A stretch of DNA of 64,000 bases. Origin: Lingula anatina (lineage: Eukaryota; Animalia; Brachiopoda). The position numbers and the translations under genes were made by a program. Location of the stretch: positions 992,001 through 1,056,000 of the forward strand of contig CM120641.1 of NCBI GenBank assembly GCA_051362555.1. Reading direction: 5' to 3'. The notes under the pieces are model-generated. The model saw nothing but the letters and a program-made list of their open reading frames with translations. It searched no databases and was not told where the DNA came from. Positions 27,695-40,020 of the stretch are shown one piece after another; position 1 is the stretch's first letter, and each line of letters begins with the position of its first letter.

Positions 27695-27902
27695 AGCCCC
27701 CTTTACACTGGACAGCATCCTTTCTGCGTCCCGTAGTTAGGACTTTGAGAGTGGCAAAAAATTATGTGCTGACAAGTGGCTGATCATTGAGCATTTTGTC
27801 TGCAACCAAAGCAATGCTTGTGCCTCCTTTCTATGACCACGGCGATGCCAGTTTCATAGTCACAAAAAATGCAGAAAGGACGCTGTCCAGTGGAAAGGGT
27901 TT
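27695..27902. mobile_element. PIF/Harbinger (Tourist-like) MITE
   Basis: ~30-bp imperfect TIRs CCCTTTACACTGGACAGCATCCTTTCTGC / GCAGAAAGGACGCTGTCCAGTGGAAAGGG, flanked by TTA. A second copy starts at 63827. Confidence 0.75.
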
Positions 27903-28352
27903 TACAGGATATATTTAACCTCCATCACTCTCACCTGAAGTTCACTGAATTGCAGTCAAATAACATTAAAAATGCTCCCATCTTTGACATAACCAAACAA
28001 CTGATTAGAAGTAATCATAGATGATTAAAGACAGATAAGAATCTGAGCAGACAGGTATATTTGCCCAGATAAATTAAATCACAAACCTGCATTTTACACA
28101 CTCAAATGGATGTAAAATGTTGGCACTGCAACATTAATTAAATGAAACCTGGAGAAATGTACACCTTTAAAAATTATTCCATTCATTTAAAAAAAATATG
28201 TATAATTCCATCTCTACACCTAAGAAAGGAGATTCCTAGCTCTCAATAAAACGACAAATAAGAAATTCAAAGAAATGACTGACAGAATACTTATTTAAAT
28301 CTGCATTTCCTGACCAGACGGATGACAGAAGTTGAATAACTGTTCTTATATC

Positions 28353-29004
28353 CAGTGTATGAAATTCAAGGAAATTACTAGCCAGACCGCCGGGCAGGTA
28401 ACTCTGAAAAGTTACCAGCCCGGCCATGTAGTTACCTGCCCTAGTTATGATAACCCCTAGAGTTAAGAGAGGTATGCTGAGGGGGGTCTAGAATGCATTC
28501 TTGGGAGAGTAATTTGGAAATGAAAGGGCAATATCATGCCTTATGCATGGAAATTTTGAAATTGGTTGGAATTTCTACTGAATGATACCTTGTTAGTGTT
28601 GGATTTAGAGGGGGGACAGGGGGGTCCGGACGCCCCCCCCCCCCTTTCAATTTCTGCAAAAAAAAAAAACACGCTCCCCTCTTGAAATAAGACTTTTCAC
28701 TAGTTGAATCATAGTTCTAAACCATACCAAATGGCACCATTCACCATCTAAAATACCAAAAATTTTCAGGGCCCTTTAGCGGGCGGGGGAGGGGGGTAGT
28801 CAATTCAGTTTATGTTCACCTTGCAGGCTGTCAAAAAACAGTGAGTTGATTTGATATTTTGCTGAAATCGCTTGTGAACATAGACAAAATAAAAGTTGAA
28901 AATAGGCTGTAAAAATAACCAGCCCGTCGGGCGGGTAATTTGTAAATCTTACCCGCCCGGTCTGAAAGTTACCAGCCTCAGGCTGGCGGCCATTTCATAC
29001 ACTG
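28353..29004. mobile_element. Non-autonomous TIR DNA transposon (hAT- or P-like), with a nested G/C-tract MITE fragment at ~28592-28790
   Basis: TIR CAGTGTATGAAAT...ATTTCATACACTG, subterminal TTACCAGCCCG repeats, and flanking direct repeat TTATATC (7 bp). Confidence 0.8.
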
Positions 29005-29530
29005 TTATATCGTTTCTTGATTTCCACATAACGAGAAAATATCTCTTCACTTGGAATCCAATGAAGTGGAGGTGAAGAAACAGTATTCCAGATGTAAACC
29101 GAGCAAAACAAAACCACAAAAAGTTAATGGAGTTGGATTTTTAAGGACTTTGTAGAGAGAAAATGTTCCCAATTACATCTGCAGACAAGTCTTCTGCATG
29201 AAGTCCATCTTCAACTGAAAGAATGTACTAGATTAAGCACTCTTTTGATACACTGTCTGCTTTCAACCTATATACCTACAATCCAATATTAGTCTCGCTC
29301 TAGGAGCCCCATAAGATACCTCCATGTCTCATCTTTGTTTGTCTTGCTCATTTCTCAAGTTTTCACACCTCAAAGTTGTGACAGTCAGACAGATGAGACA
29401 TACTAAATTGACTGGGGTGGCTCTAGTGCTAAGGAGGGGGGGTAAGGGGGTCTTTTAAAATAGGGATACCTCAATGAGGTAACTTCTCAATAATTTACTA
29501 AATTTTTCACCGTAAAGAAAACCACTAATT

Positions 29531-32500
29531 TCAAACTTTCTTCCCAAGTCTACTAAACACTCCGGTTTCTTTGGTACCACTGTTGGGGTTGCTTTCTCTT
29601 TTGAACTGGTTCAGAGTTTTCGAGATTGTCTCAGCTTTCTTCTTAGGAATTTTTTCTGCAGTTGATGAAGATACCTCTGGCTTTTGAGGACCAAGTCTGG
29701 CTTGTACTCCTGTAGAAGAAATATGCTTTTAAGACATATTGAAATTAAGTTTGTGTCTCAATATATAAACAAATGCATTAAAATACAAATCACACACAAT
29801 TGCAACTATTAATTAATGAGTTTCATGAATATGTCTATTTTCTGGAAATCTTAACCATCCAATTACACTTCTTTTATCCTACATTTTTTATACGTGGCTA
29901 TATATCAAGATCAAAATGAAAACATTTATGTCTACCAAAATCCACCATTTCACCCAAAACAAAAAGAAGATTTACCTTTTTTGCCAGCAGCAGCTGCTGG
30001 TTTTGTGGAGACTGTCAACTTTTGTGCAGCAACTGGCTTGGTCTGTTTTAGTCCCAGGCGTTTTTTGGCACTTTGTTGTTCTGCAGTCAACTTGTCGGAG
30101 TGAAGGGTGCCTGAGTCAGAGGTAGTGGACACCTCAGCTTTCTCGGGTCCTGAAAATGTATGGAACAGTTATTGTCAACATGAGAATAACAAATGTGACA
30201 GCACTTTAAAATGTATAGCAAAAGAAGAACAAAAACAAAAATGGTTTTTCTGCAGGGTTGTATAAAACGACTATATACTAATGCACATAAAAAATGAATG
30301 TTTTATTTAGAATTTTGAGAAAATTAATAACTCATGAAAACTTTTTTAACAAACAATATCTTAAATATTATACCTAGCCTTTGCAAAGCTGTCTTCTTTT
30401 TTGGTACACTTTTCTTTGCTGTCTTTGTTGCTCCTGGATACTTAAACAAACCAGCATATGCTAAAGGTGATTCTGGTTCATCTTCTTCTCCATCGTCTTC
30501 CACTGTGGACGTAGCTGGTCTCTTCACTGCCTTCTTACCTCCAAGACGGTTGAAAACAGATGAACCCTGAAACAGTATATATTCAAATATGAATGTGTGA
30601 ATCAGACAAATTAATTAATTTTTAAGTGACAAAATTTTCAAGTTTTTGCATGCTGATCAGAAGACGTTAATTTTATGCATTGAAAAACATGAAAAGAAAC
30701 TCCAAGAGAAAAGCCATCAGACATCTGAATGTATGAGTTCACAATATAGTTGTCCAACCAGTTACCAGTAGTTTCACAGCGTTTCTTTTCCTGATATCAT
30801 TTCTTTGTATGTTACTTTGAAGTAATCTGATCATTTGGACACTTACCTGTTGTGAAGATGTAGTGGTCTTATTGATGATGACCTTGGACAGCCCAGTCAC
30901 TGTCACTTTGGGAGACTCTGATGTTGAGGTTGATATTGAGGTGTCCTGACCCAGGCGTTCAAACACTGAAGATTTTGAAGTTTTCTTCTCTGAAATTTGA
31001 ATAAATCAGTCATAATACATCATTTATATTGCCAAGCAGTGGATATGGTTAAGATGGCAAATGGGTATGATAAAAATACATCTTTTTAAAGAGCCTAACA
31101 GGTTTAGCTACCGTATAGGCATGACACTTAAATCCCTCTCAAAGGTAGAAAAACATGTTAAGTCCCTTTAGATATAATTTACTTTTTTATCATCATAACC
31201 CAGTATATGATGAAGAGCCTATAGAATCAGTCGGCAGTTAGTATATCAAGATATACATAATCCAAAGTGTAGAGGAAAATATGTCTTACAGCCAATTATA
31301 AACTTTTAGTATAACTAAGATGTTCCAACTTTCCATAAATTCTAAACTTTACTTTTCTTAACCTCAAGTTTTATGGCAATGGTGACAGCCAGTACCTGCA
31401 GCAGGTGATGGTCCCAAACGTGACGCCAGGTCTTGTGATACTTTGGGCAGAGGGGTGGAGCTGTTCATGGGGGCCGCACACGGGTCACTGTTTGTCTTCA
31501 AGTAGTGGTCAACTATACGACTGGCAGCTGAATAATAACAACATCCAATATGTAGCAATCAAGATTTATTGCTTAATATATATCTAAAATTATTCATTGT
31601 TAGAAAAATCCATAAGTATGAACTTCAGTAACTATACCTTACGTTATAAATGCAAATAATAATGTTTTGTGAAAACTCTACTATAATATACTTACTTACT
31701 ACAGATATACGGTAATGTTAATCTTAAAAACAAAGTCACGATTCTCAGCAAAACTGGCCACTGCATCATGACCTAGAATAAAGTATTTATCTTACGTGTG
31801 GACCTCCTTGCTGCTGCTGCTGCTGGGGATTGGGACTGTGACACTGGCGTGTTTGTTCCCTTGAGTGCTTTCTCACGCACAGTCTATAAAAACAAAAAAT
31901 GATCAATTTTACCCATACGAACACATTTTTCAAAATTCATATTTGAAACAAAGACACCTTAAAAAATTTAAGGTCTCAGAAACCTATGTTGAACAATCAA
32001 GCTATATGCTAATATCAATTTTTGTTTTATAAACCACTCAAGACTTTAAGTGAGTGATGAAGTTAGTGACATCTTAAATTTCCACATTATTTGCTTTAAT
32101 CATTTTTTTCTGTTTTAACCAATTTCCTCTCTTCTTTTACTAGTCTTTTTTATAATCTCTTCATGTGACATAGTAAAGTCTACTGAACAAATTTGGATTT
32201 TAGACTCAAAATAAATAATATATATAATTATTATTATTAAGCTTCGTCCCATTTCTAATTTAACTTCCCACCATCTCCTACTGGGCTAACCTGTGTGTGG
32301 ACAGCTTTAGCATGCTTGAGTATAGCAATCACATCCCCCATCATAGTGATCCCCATGTCATTGAGGTATTCCTTGTTGAGATCTAACAGCATGTCACTCT
32401 TCATTCTGTTGTCAGTGAATGTGACGGCATAGTTGGTGGACTCTCCGGCAGGAATGCCAGCATCTGTGAAGAACTTGATCCAAAACGGCATGGAACTGGT

Positions 32501-33188
32501 GTCTGTAAAAAAATTAATTATTGGTCATTGTTCATACGTACTTTCTGCTGTTTAGTTTTACTTTCTCTCCTTTATTGTTTTTTTTTACCAGTCATCAACA
32601 TCATCCTCAAAATAAATATGAATTTTTTAAAAAAGAGATGGATACTTTGCAAAAAATGCAGCTATTCAAAGCCACATATAATATTGTAGATATCATGCTT
32701 TGAAACAAACTACTTTAAATAAAATATCACTGGTTAAAACTTATATCTATTTTATTAAGCAACAGCATTATAAAATTACTAAACCGCACTATTTCAAGTC
32801 AAATCATGTAAGCCCAAGCTCATGATTAAGTTATTCTTTAAAACAATTTTAATGTGTTGGAAAATTAGCGTCCCAATTCAAAGCTTTCTCAACCTTTACA
32901 CATTTCCAGAGAACATATGTAAAGTAAAGAGGAGTACAGGCGGCTAAGCTCTCGGCCTTAGCAGGGATATTGCTTTAAACGTGGAGACTGAAGAGGTGGG
33001 TTTAAAAATATTAGTTACTCCTGAAACCATCGTTTTCAACGAGGATCAAAACATACCCAAATCTTATTCCATAAGATCTATAACTTTCCCACAAACCTTT
33101 CACATAATCTTTAACAATATCACTAAAGCAAGATTGTGGATCTAAAATATATAACAAACAGAAGATTTATCTCACCTGCAGTCGCCAT
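29531..33188 (-). CDS. C19orf47: C19orf47 homologue (N-terminal SAM-like domain + disordered RLG-repeat tail), ~377 aa; exons 33188-33176, 32502-32291, 31883-31796, 31527-31396, 30989-30847, 30566-30374, 30149-29976, 29709-29531
   Basis: WIKFFTDAGIPAGESTNYAVTFTDNRMKSDMLLDLNKEYLNDMGITMMGDVIAILKHAK matches the C19orf47 N-terminus. All eight exons have GT-AG ends in compatible phase. SVFERLG/SVFNRLG/LAYAGLFK/GVFSRLG motifs are present. Confidence 0.92.
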
Positions 33189-33431
33189 GATGCTTGTTAT
33201 TCTCGCAGTATCTCGGAAAACGAGAAGTTGAAAATTTAGTTTTCAAATCTCCAACTACATATGAGCTACCATGTGGAAAACGAGAAGCAAAAGTTAAAAG
33301 TGAGAGGTACATTTACATGCAAACTTGTTTCATAAAGCATATCATATCCATTGCTTTTGATGCTTGCAGCTTCAGGTTTCCCAGAAATCCAATGGAGTGT
33401 ATTACAGTGCATAAAAGCGGCCAAATGGGTC

Positions 33432-33840
33432 TGTTATGATCGTGCCGGAAGCACTCCCGTACTACGGAGACGAGCCTACACCACCTGGCGGGAGTGCAGT
33501 AAATGATTAGACTAAGTGCAGTTCGAGCCACGACGCGAGAGGGTGCGGACTCACTTACACACCTTTCTACGACTACTGTATATACCCACACAGTTACACA
33601 AGGAGCTTCGACCTGTGAATACGGAGAGCGGATCTGGCGACGTAGAGCAGAGCTACGCAAGGACACTCGGTGCGAGGACAGGACACACGAGCCTCGAACG
33701 GAGGACAGATAGCTCGCATAAACACTTTAGGTCTCTTTCTAGTGCCATTTTTTCGGTCTAGCGTGAATTTTAGAATTATTGGTGCCCACAACCGCCCAAA
33801 GAATATCCAAGAAATTCTACAGTGTACACGAAAGGATACA
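33432..33840 (+). mobile_element. Possible solo-LTR-like insertion in the C19orf47/profilin-like intergenic region
   Basis: Abrupt GC/CpG-rich block that starts TGTTATG, contains TATATA and CATAAA, and has several possible ...ACA ends. No TSD found. Confidence 0.3.
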
Positions 33841-34012
33841 GTGCATGGAAGTTGAATTACACCGCGCGTGAAAGCTGCTCTAAAAATTATGAGATCAGAA
33901 AGTGGGAAGCCTAACTACATTTTGTAATTTTACTGTATAAATGATTTTTTGCTTTGAACAAAAACATGACCTGCCTGCTAATGGTTGTTATGGCTTTCAT
34001 TTTCAGACATGC

Positions 34013-36960
34013 ATGAATAAAATGAGTGCCCTTCCATGGGAGACCTTTATTCAAGGTTAGTGTGCTATTATAATACGGGTGGTAAGTAACTTGGCATGCA
34101 GTGATTGCGAAAGAGATTGAAAACTTACCAGACATGTGGGCTGGAGCAAATTAAATTTTGTCAGCCCACACCTTTTTTTACCGGCCCACAACAAAATAAT
34201 CAAGCTGTATATTTTCACTTCATTTTTGATGAATATTATTGTCTGGCATTTTAAATCGTTGCTTTTTAATTTTCAGGCAAGATGTAATAGGATGTTTAAA
34301 GGTTTAAGTTTAAACGTCTTTCATTTTGGTTGCTTTCTGGCATTTAAGTTTTATCCTTTTTACATCTGGGTTGCCTATCTTAATTTCTAATCTTTTAACA
34401 CAAGATCATGTATCCTTTGTAAATTTTATTCCAATTTTTGACTTAAATTAAAACATAAGTCATAGTGAAGTGGAGCTTCCAACTTTTGTAACGTTTTTTA
34501 GATTTTCACTCTTGGAAAAATGCTTGTCTGTTAGCAGGGATTGTCCTGGGTCAAAATTGGTCGGGCCATTTTGGCCCACTTGGTCAAAAAAAGTGTGCCA
34601 TTTTTTAAAAATGTGTGCCGTGAATTATTTAAAAAAAATTCATTGTATTTCAATATTTTTTTATATGATTAAAATCAATGAAAAAAGGCTTAATGCTACT
34701 ACTCTGAAGTCCTAAATAATTGTAGTGTGTAGAAAAATCTTCCAAAATAAACATACTGTCTGAAAAATTGTACAGTACTTAATGGAAAAATCTTCAGAAT
34801 TGATAATTGCACTATGCCAAATAATTGCACTACATGGAAAAGGTAGACAAATCCCATTTTTATTGTAAAATAAAGCTATTGCTCTCATAGCAGGCCCGTA
34901 GCCAGCAATTTTAAAAGGGGGGGGAGGGTCTTTTTCCATAAAAACGCCATGTACCTAGATCAAATTTTACCAAGAGTGGACCTTTTGTCAGCATAAGAGA
35001 CGGTTCTTTCGAAACCCCTGAACCATCCCTGGCTATGGGCCAGAGTCTGAAAAGAATTTTTATTCAATATCTAAGACTAAAGTTTAGATGAATATACTGT
35101 AATGGACAGTTTTGCACCCTGACTGTGCCATTGCGGATTTTCCGCATGGAAAATGATATTGTCCCTCATTTTGAAATATAGCACCGCTAAAGGCGCAATA
35201 TGACTTAAAATATCCGTTGAAATTAGTTAAGAGCACCCATCTAAAAAGCAAATGAATATTTCTCCTTTTCACTTATCGTTTACTCAACATGCAGTCCGAC
35301 GGAAGCCATACTTGTTTACCCAGCACGTGTAGTTAGGTGTTCTCAGAGGTCCGCGCGTGGCCAGTCTAAGCAGTTTGAGCGGCCTGTTTTCAGAGTCTTG
35401 AGCAGTACGTTTTTCATTGACCTGTAGGTGTTTCAGTTTCGATACATTTTTTTGTGAAACGGGTCACATGTCAGCCCTCACACCATCGCTACGCACACTT
35501 CAAGCGACATCATAATGTACGTAGACCTTTATTACAAAACGCGCCAGTATGGCGCAAGTTAAAGTTTTACTTGCGAATAGTGCGTACTTAGAGCTTTACG
35601 ATAAATTCAAATATGAGGCGAGGTGTCTGTTAAAGAAACTGACCTTAGTCCGTCGGACATGTGGGCCGATGAGTTAAAAGGGTTTTCCAGCCCACAGAAC
35701 TTTTGCCGGCATATGGCCGTGGTCCGACGGCTTTCGCAATCACTGGGCATGTGAATCATGGTCACTTAGTGGAACCTCTGGTGCTTCTTATAAAAATGTG
35801 ATGGAAGTTTACTGAGATGGAAATTGTCTAAAGTCACTTGAAAATGGCTTTGCCATATAATTGAAGAAATAAGGTTTACAGGTGATTTGTCCCAAACATC
35901 TAAAGATAAAATAGAGTACTTCAAAATAAAATGTTCTGTTTTATTTATTATTATTATTTATAAGTCGTAATATTTTGCAGCAAACCTCTTGGCTACAGGT
36001 GTTGTCAATGGAGTGGCTGTTTTAACCAAGAGTGGGCAATGTGCTTTTCTTCATGGACGTTTATACAATCTAGAGAAGGTAAATTAAATTATATAGCAAT
36101 GATCACAAAAGCTGTCATGTATAACAGTGCTCATGGAAATATGTCATGGATGACCATTCTATGTTACATTTCCATGGTAACAGTAACTACACATGGTTAC
36201 AATGTTCTTATCCAGCAGTTCTCATTTACAAGGGATCCTGAAGCTTGATGCTATACATTTGCATGGAATCTTTAGGCAGAAGTATTGAATGATATCTTCA
36301 ATGGCACTTGTGATAAATTTTTGTTATTGGTTTATTTCTTTTTACATTTTAGGTGAATTGGAAGCAGTTCTTGGAAATATTTCAGTATTCATCAGAAAAA
36401 CACAATGATCAAATATTTGAAAATGGGTTCCGTCTTCAGTTCCCTGGACAAAGAGAAATTCAGTACAAAGTTTACCAAAAAACTTACTGTAGGTAAATAG
36501 TAAACCTTCTGACGTGCAGAATCGCATTTCTCTCAGTTTTGAAGTCTTTTTTGTCCAATTTAGTTACCAAACTATTTATAGAAATTAAAGGCAAAGTTTT
36601 AAATCTGAAAATCACTCTGTTGGCCGGGACATCAGATGGGCAGGATTGCCTACCTGTGGTTAGAAATTGTGATCACAAAGTCTACCAAGGTAGTAGGTAG
36701 TACAAGTTAAATTATACCTTAAGATAAAAAATCGGATAGACATAACTTTTTCAACACTTTTTCAACTGTTATACTGTATTCAATCTATCTCCCCTGCTGT
36801 GTGTGATTTCAGTGCCTATGCCACCTCTCAGGGGAACCAGGAAGGGCTGATAGTGTGTAACCTGCCATATGGGATCCTCATTAGTACCTTCAGTTACCCC
36901 CAGGTGGCAGCAGTGGCGGTGAAGGTGGTGGAGAATTTCTGTGACAAGTTGAGAGCGTGA
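34013..36960 (+). CDS. Divergent profilin-family protein, ~142 aa; exons 34013-34055, 35981-36078, 36353-36492, 36813-36960
   Basis: Four GT-AG exons join in phase with no stop: MNKMSALPWETFIQ-ANLLATGVVNGVAVLTKSGQCAFLHGRLYNLEK-VNWKQFLEIFQYSSEKHNDQIFENGFRLQFPGQREIQYKVYQKTYC-SAYATSQGNQEGLIVCNLPYGILISTFSYPQVAAVAVKVVENFCDKLRA*. The W..F/Y...NL..TG.V...A.L...G N-terminus and VE.F.D.LR C-terminal helix are profilin hallmarks. Confidence 0.8.
34099..35745. mobile_element. 1.65-kb non-autonomous TIR transposon (hAT-like) in an intron of the profilin-like gene
   Basis: Perfect 15-bp TIR CAGTGATTGCGAAAG / CTTTCGCAATCACTG; flanking direct repeat GGCATG (6 bp). Confidence 0.85.
34891..35043. mobile_element. 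Small MITE nested in the 34099-35745 element
   Basis: Imperfect TIR CAGGCCCGTAGCCAG / CTGGCTATGGGCCAG. Shares the internal TACCTAGATCAA.TTTTACC core with the copy at 57645-57813. Confidence 0.65.
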
Positions 36961-37879
36961 AATGGTGAGAACAACCATCTTTTTGAGTTTGGAACGTTAT
37001 TAGTACAGGAATGAGTGTTTTACTTATTTGGAAAAAGTGCAGCGGCATTCCTAGTGACTGTTTTTTTAAGCAGTTTTCTTCTTTCTGACTGGAATCTTCC
37101 TGCCTTCAAAACCGAGGTACTTTATACAAAATGTTATTTTTATTTTACATTTGATAATTGGATTCTTTCCTTGCAGAGACCAAGAGAAAGATTTAGCAAT
37201 TATATACTGCTGAAAATTGGAAGTGGTGTACAGTAGGTGCTATACAGAATGGCTGGCATCATTTTTTGAAGACATGTTACAGATATCCACAGCAGACTTG
37301 GACTTTGCAAAGGGTACTGTGGTAGAATATAAACACATATTATTACCTCCCAAAACCAGGTCAAGAATGAAAGACATGACAAATTCTGCCCCAAAGTGAG
37401 GAATGCAGACATCAGAGAAGAGTTGATCATGGTAACTGGGTTGACAAGACCAGTATGATAAAAGGGGTTCCTCCTAAGTATATGTGTATGTGTTGCCATG
37501 GTAAAATAGAAACATGCTTGTTTTTCCTTACTTTATGAATCTCAACTCATAGAACACGCAACCATATTTATGGATTTACTATGTATCAGAGGCAAAATGA
37601 GGGATGGCTTAAATGCCACCCTCCCCACTCAGCTTACACGGAAATATATATTCCGTTGTGATTGGCTCACTCACACAGATTAAAAAAAATGGTATGTACT
37701 TTTAAATAAAAAGCATGTGCAAGCATATTTCATTTAAGCCCTCCCTCATTTTTACACTCACAGAAATACAATCAAACATCAGCTTAACAAGGTAGTCTTT
37801 AATTTCGAATTCTATTTCATATTAAAATATAGGTCAGTCTTAAATGGGACTTTGAAGTAAAACGTGACAAACATCTACA

Positions 37880-38600
37880 ATCTGCTAATCTCCAATTTGA
37901 ATAATAACAGATAAAATGGCACCTCTTGCTGTATTCAAACTGTACCATGCCAAACCGTCTGAACTGTCTTGTCAGAAATTCAATCACTTCTTCCATGTGG
38001 TGAATATGAATCAGTTTCCCTCTTATTATTTTTACTGCTCTATTTAATCCAGTGTTTAATGAATACATTATACTGTTTCCTTGCCTCTCTTCTCCAATTC
38101 TCCAAGAAGGCATGAGTATGTGGTTAATCAGAGGCCAAGTCTAGTCTAAATTTCTGGGTAAATGCGAGGGGCGGTCATGTTTGTGCCGTAATGCTGTGTG
38201 CTTATCCTTAGGCATTTGTTCTTGACAGATGTCGGTAATTAACTGCATGAAAGGCTCCAATACAACTGGCCCTGCTCGGTCGACTCCAGTCAGCTCAGCA
38301 CTAATGATGTCATAGAATTGATTGTTGGCTTTGTTTTGCCCTGTGGGCTCAGTTTCCCCCATGGAAATTAACATTTGACAAATACCCTGTGCAGTTTAAT
38401 TCTAACCAGTTTGTAGACAGTTTGAAAGCACAGTCACCGTTTTCAGAGTCCCAAACTGCTGAACAATCCCCCCGATAGTGTGCCTCTGTCACTAAATTCT
38501 GCTCTGCTCCTACGTCTAGGTTCAGACGTAGGTACCTTGTACTTAGTGTGAGAAGGCAACTCCTTTGAGTGCCCAGCCTCCACCTCCATTCTGACATCTG
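37880..38600 (-). pseudogene. Decayed DIRS1-like (tyrosine-recombinase retrotransposon) fragment: RNase H end, MT-like end, YR N-terminal SAM-like region
   Basis: Across frameshifts: NLVTEAHYRG...DSE...STNWLELN (cf. WLTAAHIPG..N..ADSESR...EW.L), FMQLITD, and LMPSWR...RKQYNVFIKHW...EEVIEFLT...LNTARGAI (cf. IMASWR..T.KQY...W...VIEFLT...LNTARSAIS). Confidence 0.6.
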
Positions 38601-38613
38601 ACCCTTGAGATTC

Positions 38614-39109
38614 TTAATTCTCAGTAGTCATGTCAGATGTACCAGCTGACTCATCAGTTTTTGTAATTCTTTGAGGCGTCACTCCTGACAACAATGCCTC
38701 CTCCTCATCAGAATCAATCTCCATTTCCTCGCCCATAATCACCCTTTGGTGAGTTATGGTAGGATCCTCTTTGAGCCTAATGTCCTTTGACATTTCCAGG
38801 CCTGCTGATGCAGTACTAGGCCCTTGTTTAGCAGGTAATGGAATGTGAATAACATTTTCACATATCCACTTATGCCGCTCAAAACCAAATTCTCTCAGGT
38901 CTCGAGCCACCTGCCTTTTCCAGTTGTTATTTTTCTTGCCTTTAGCTAATTCCAACTGACCCTTGAGGATAGCCTTTGCTTCCTCAAAGCATGTCACGGG
39001 GGCACATGGCTAATCTTTCTGCTAACTTTTTAGCAGAGGCAAGTCGTCCCTGGCGGTTGTCCTCTTTAAAACATTCCACCAGTCTTCTCCAATCTTCTGT
39101 TCTCGGCAT
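38614..39109 (-). pseudogene. N-terminal remnant of ORF3 from an older, related Gypsy family (TatD part deleted)
   Basis: MPRTEDWRRLV...LAERLAMCP/TCFEEAKAILKGQLELAK...FERHKWICENVIHIP...KDIRLKEDPTITHQRVIMGEEMEID aligns with the young ORF3 MDSRKWKDLV...LVDRVAMAPKDCLGQA...FRPHAWICDNVAQVP...RDIRLGTDPTIVQHTSYVGQSMEVD. One frameshift near 39000. Confidence 0.8.
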
Positions 39110-39590
39110 CTGTACAAAAACATAAGAGATTAAGAAAATAATTCACTTAAGTTAATTTAACTGTAAGCAAATCAATTCCTCTAAATCAGTACTTTTACTA
39201 TAATGCACATGATGGTAAAATTACCTGCTTTTCTTCTTCTTTCCCAGGCGTCATTATTTTATCATAAACAAAAGCCCTTCCTAATTCATAGTACTGGCAA
39301 GTGAGGACTGTGAAGTGCTGGCTAGTGGTTCTTCTAAACAGGACATGTCATTTTGAGAGGCTTCTCCTGTCTCCAATCCATCTAGTAACTAAATAAGAAA
39401 TATATCTGATATGAGTTTTCGAAAGCTACAATGACAACTATATCAAAATAAACAACTCCCCTTTTGCTGTTGTGAATTAAAATTGATGAGCGGTCAGAAA
39501 TTGCACGGTTTTCATTTTTCGTTACTCTTATCTACGTAACTGAAATAAAATATCATGAGTTAATACGGTGTTGGGAGGCAAAATATAATG

Positions 39591-39809
39591 TATAGCACCG
39601 GGGCTATGTATAAGCGGGTCTAAATAAAGGAAAAGGGCTTACCTTAACTTGATGGCTTGCCGATTCCGTGATTTCTTGATTTTACTACTTCTCTCTCAAT
39701 TGGCACTGCAGAGCGCCTTAGGCGCCATGCTCTAACTTGTCACACTCTATAACACTGCGCATGCGCCGTGACACGCTTCCGGGTCATATAATGACCCCTC
39801 GGCACTACA
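39591..39809 (-). repeat. 3' LTR of the Gypsy element
   Basis: Direct repeat of 49299-49517; reads TGTAGTGCC...GGTGCTATA on minus; preceded on minus by the polypurine tract GGGGGAGAG (39810-39818). Confidence 0.95.
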
Positions 39810-40020
39810 CTCTCCCCCGTTTTACCTTGAAGGACCGTGCCTTCTCGGCCGTATCAGTGCCGAATCACAAAAAAGCCCCACTTTCCACCGTGGGAAAGGG
39901 GATTACCCTCCGTTCCCCGTGGGACTGGGGGGGGATGGGTGCTTGCAGCAGTGATGGGCGTCCCATCAAAGCTACTCGTCCTGGTCAAGTCGCACCCGGC
40001 CTGACCACACCCTTGCCCTT

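Noticed and set aside
37177-37460. Possible plus-strand MULE/SWIM-like transposase sliver (WLASFFEDMLQIST)
   Set aside because: Similarity too weak to call. If real, it would be an exception to the minus-strand bias next to the TE patchwork.
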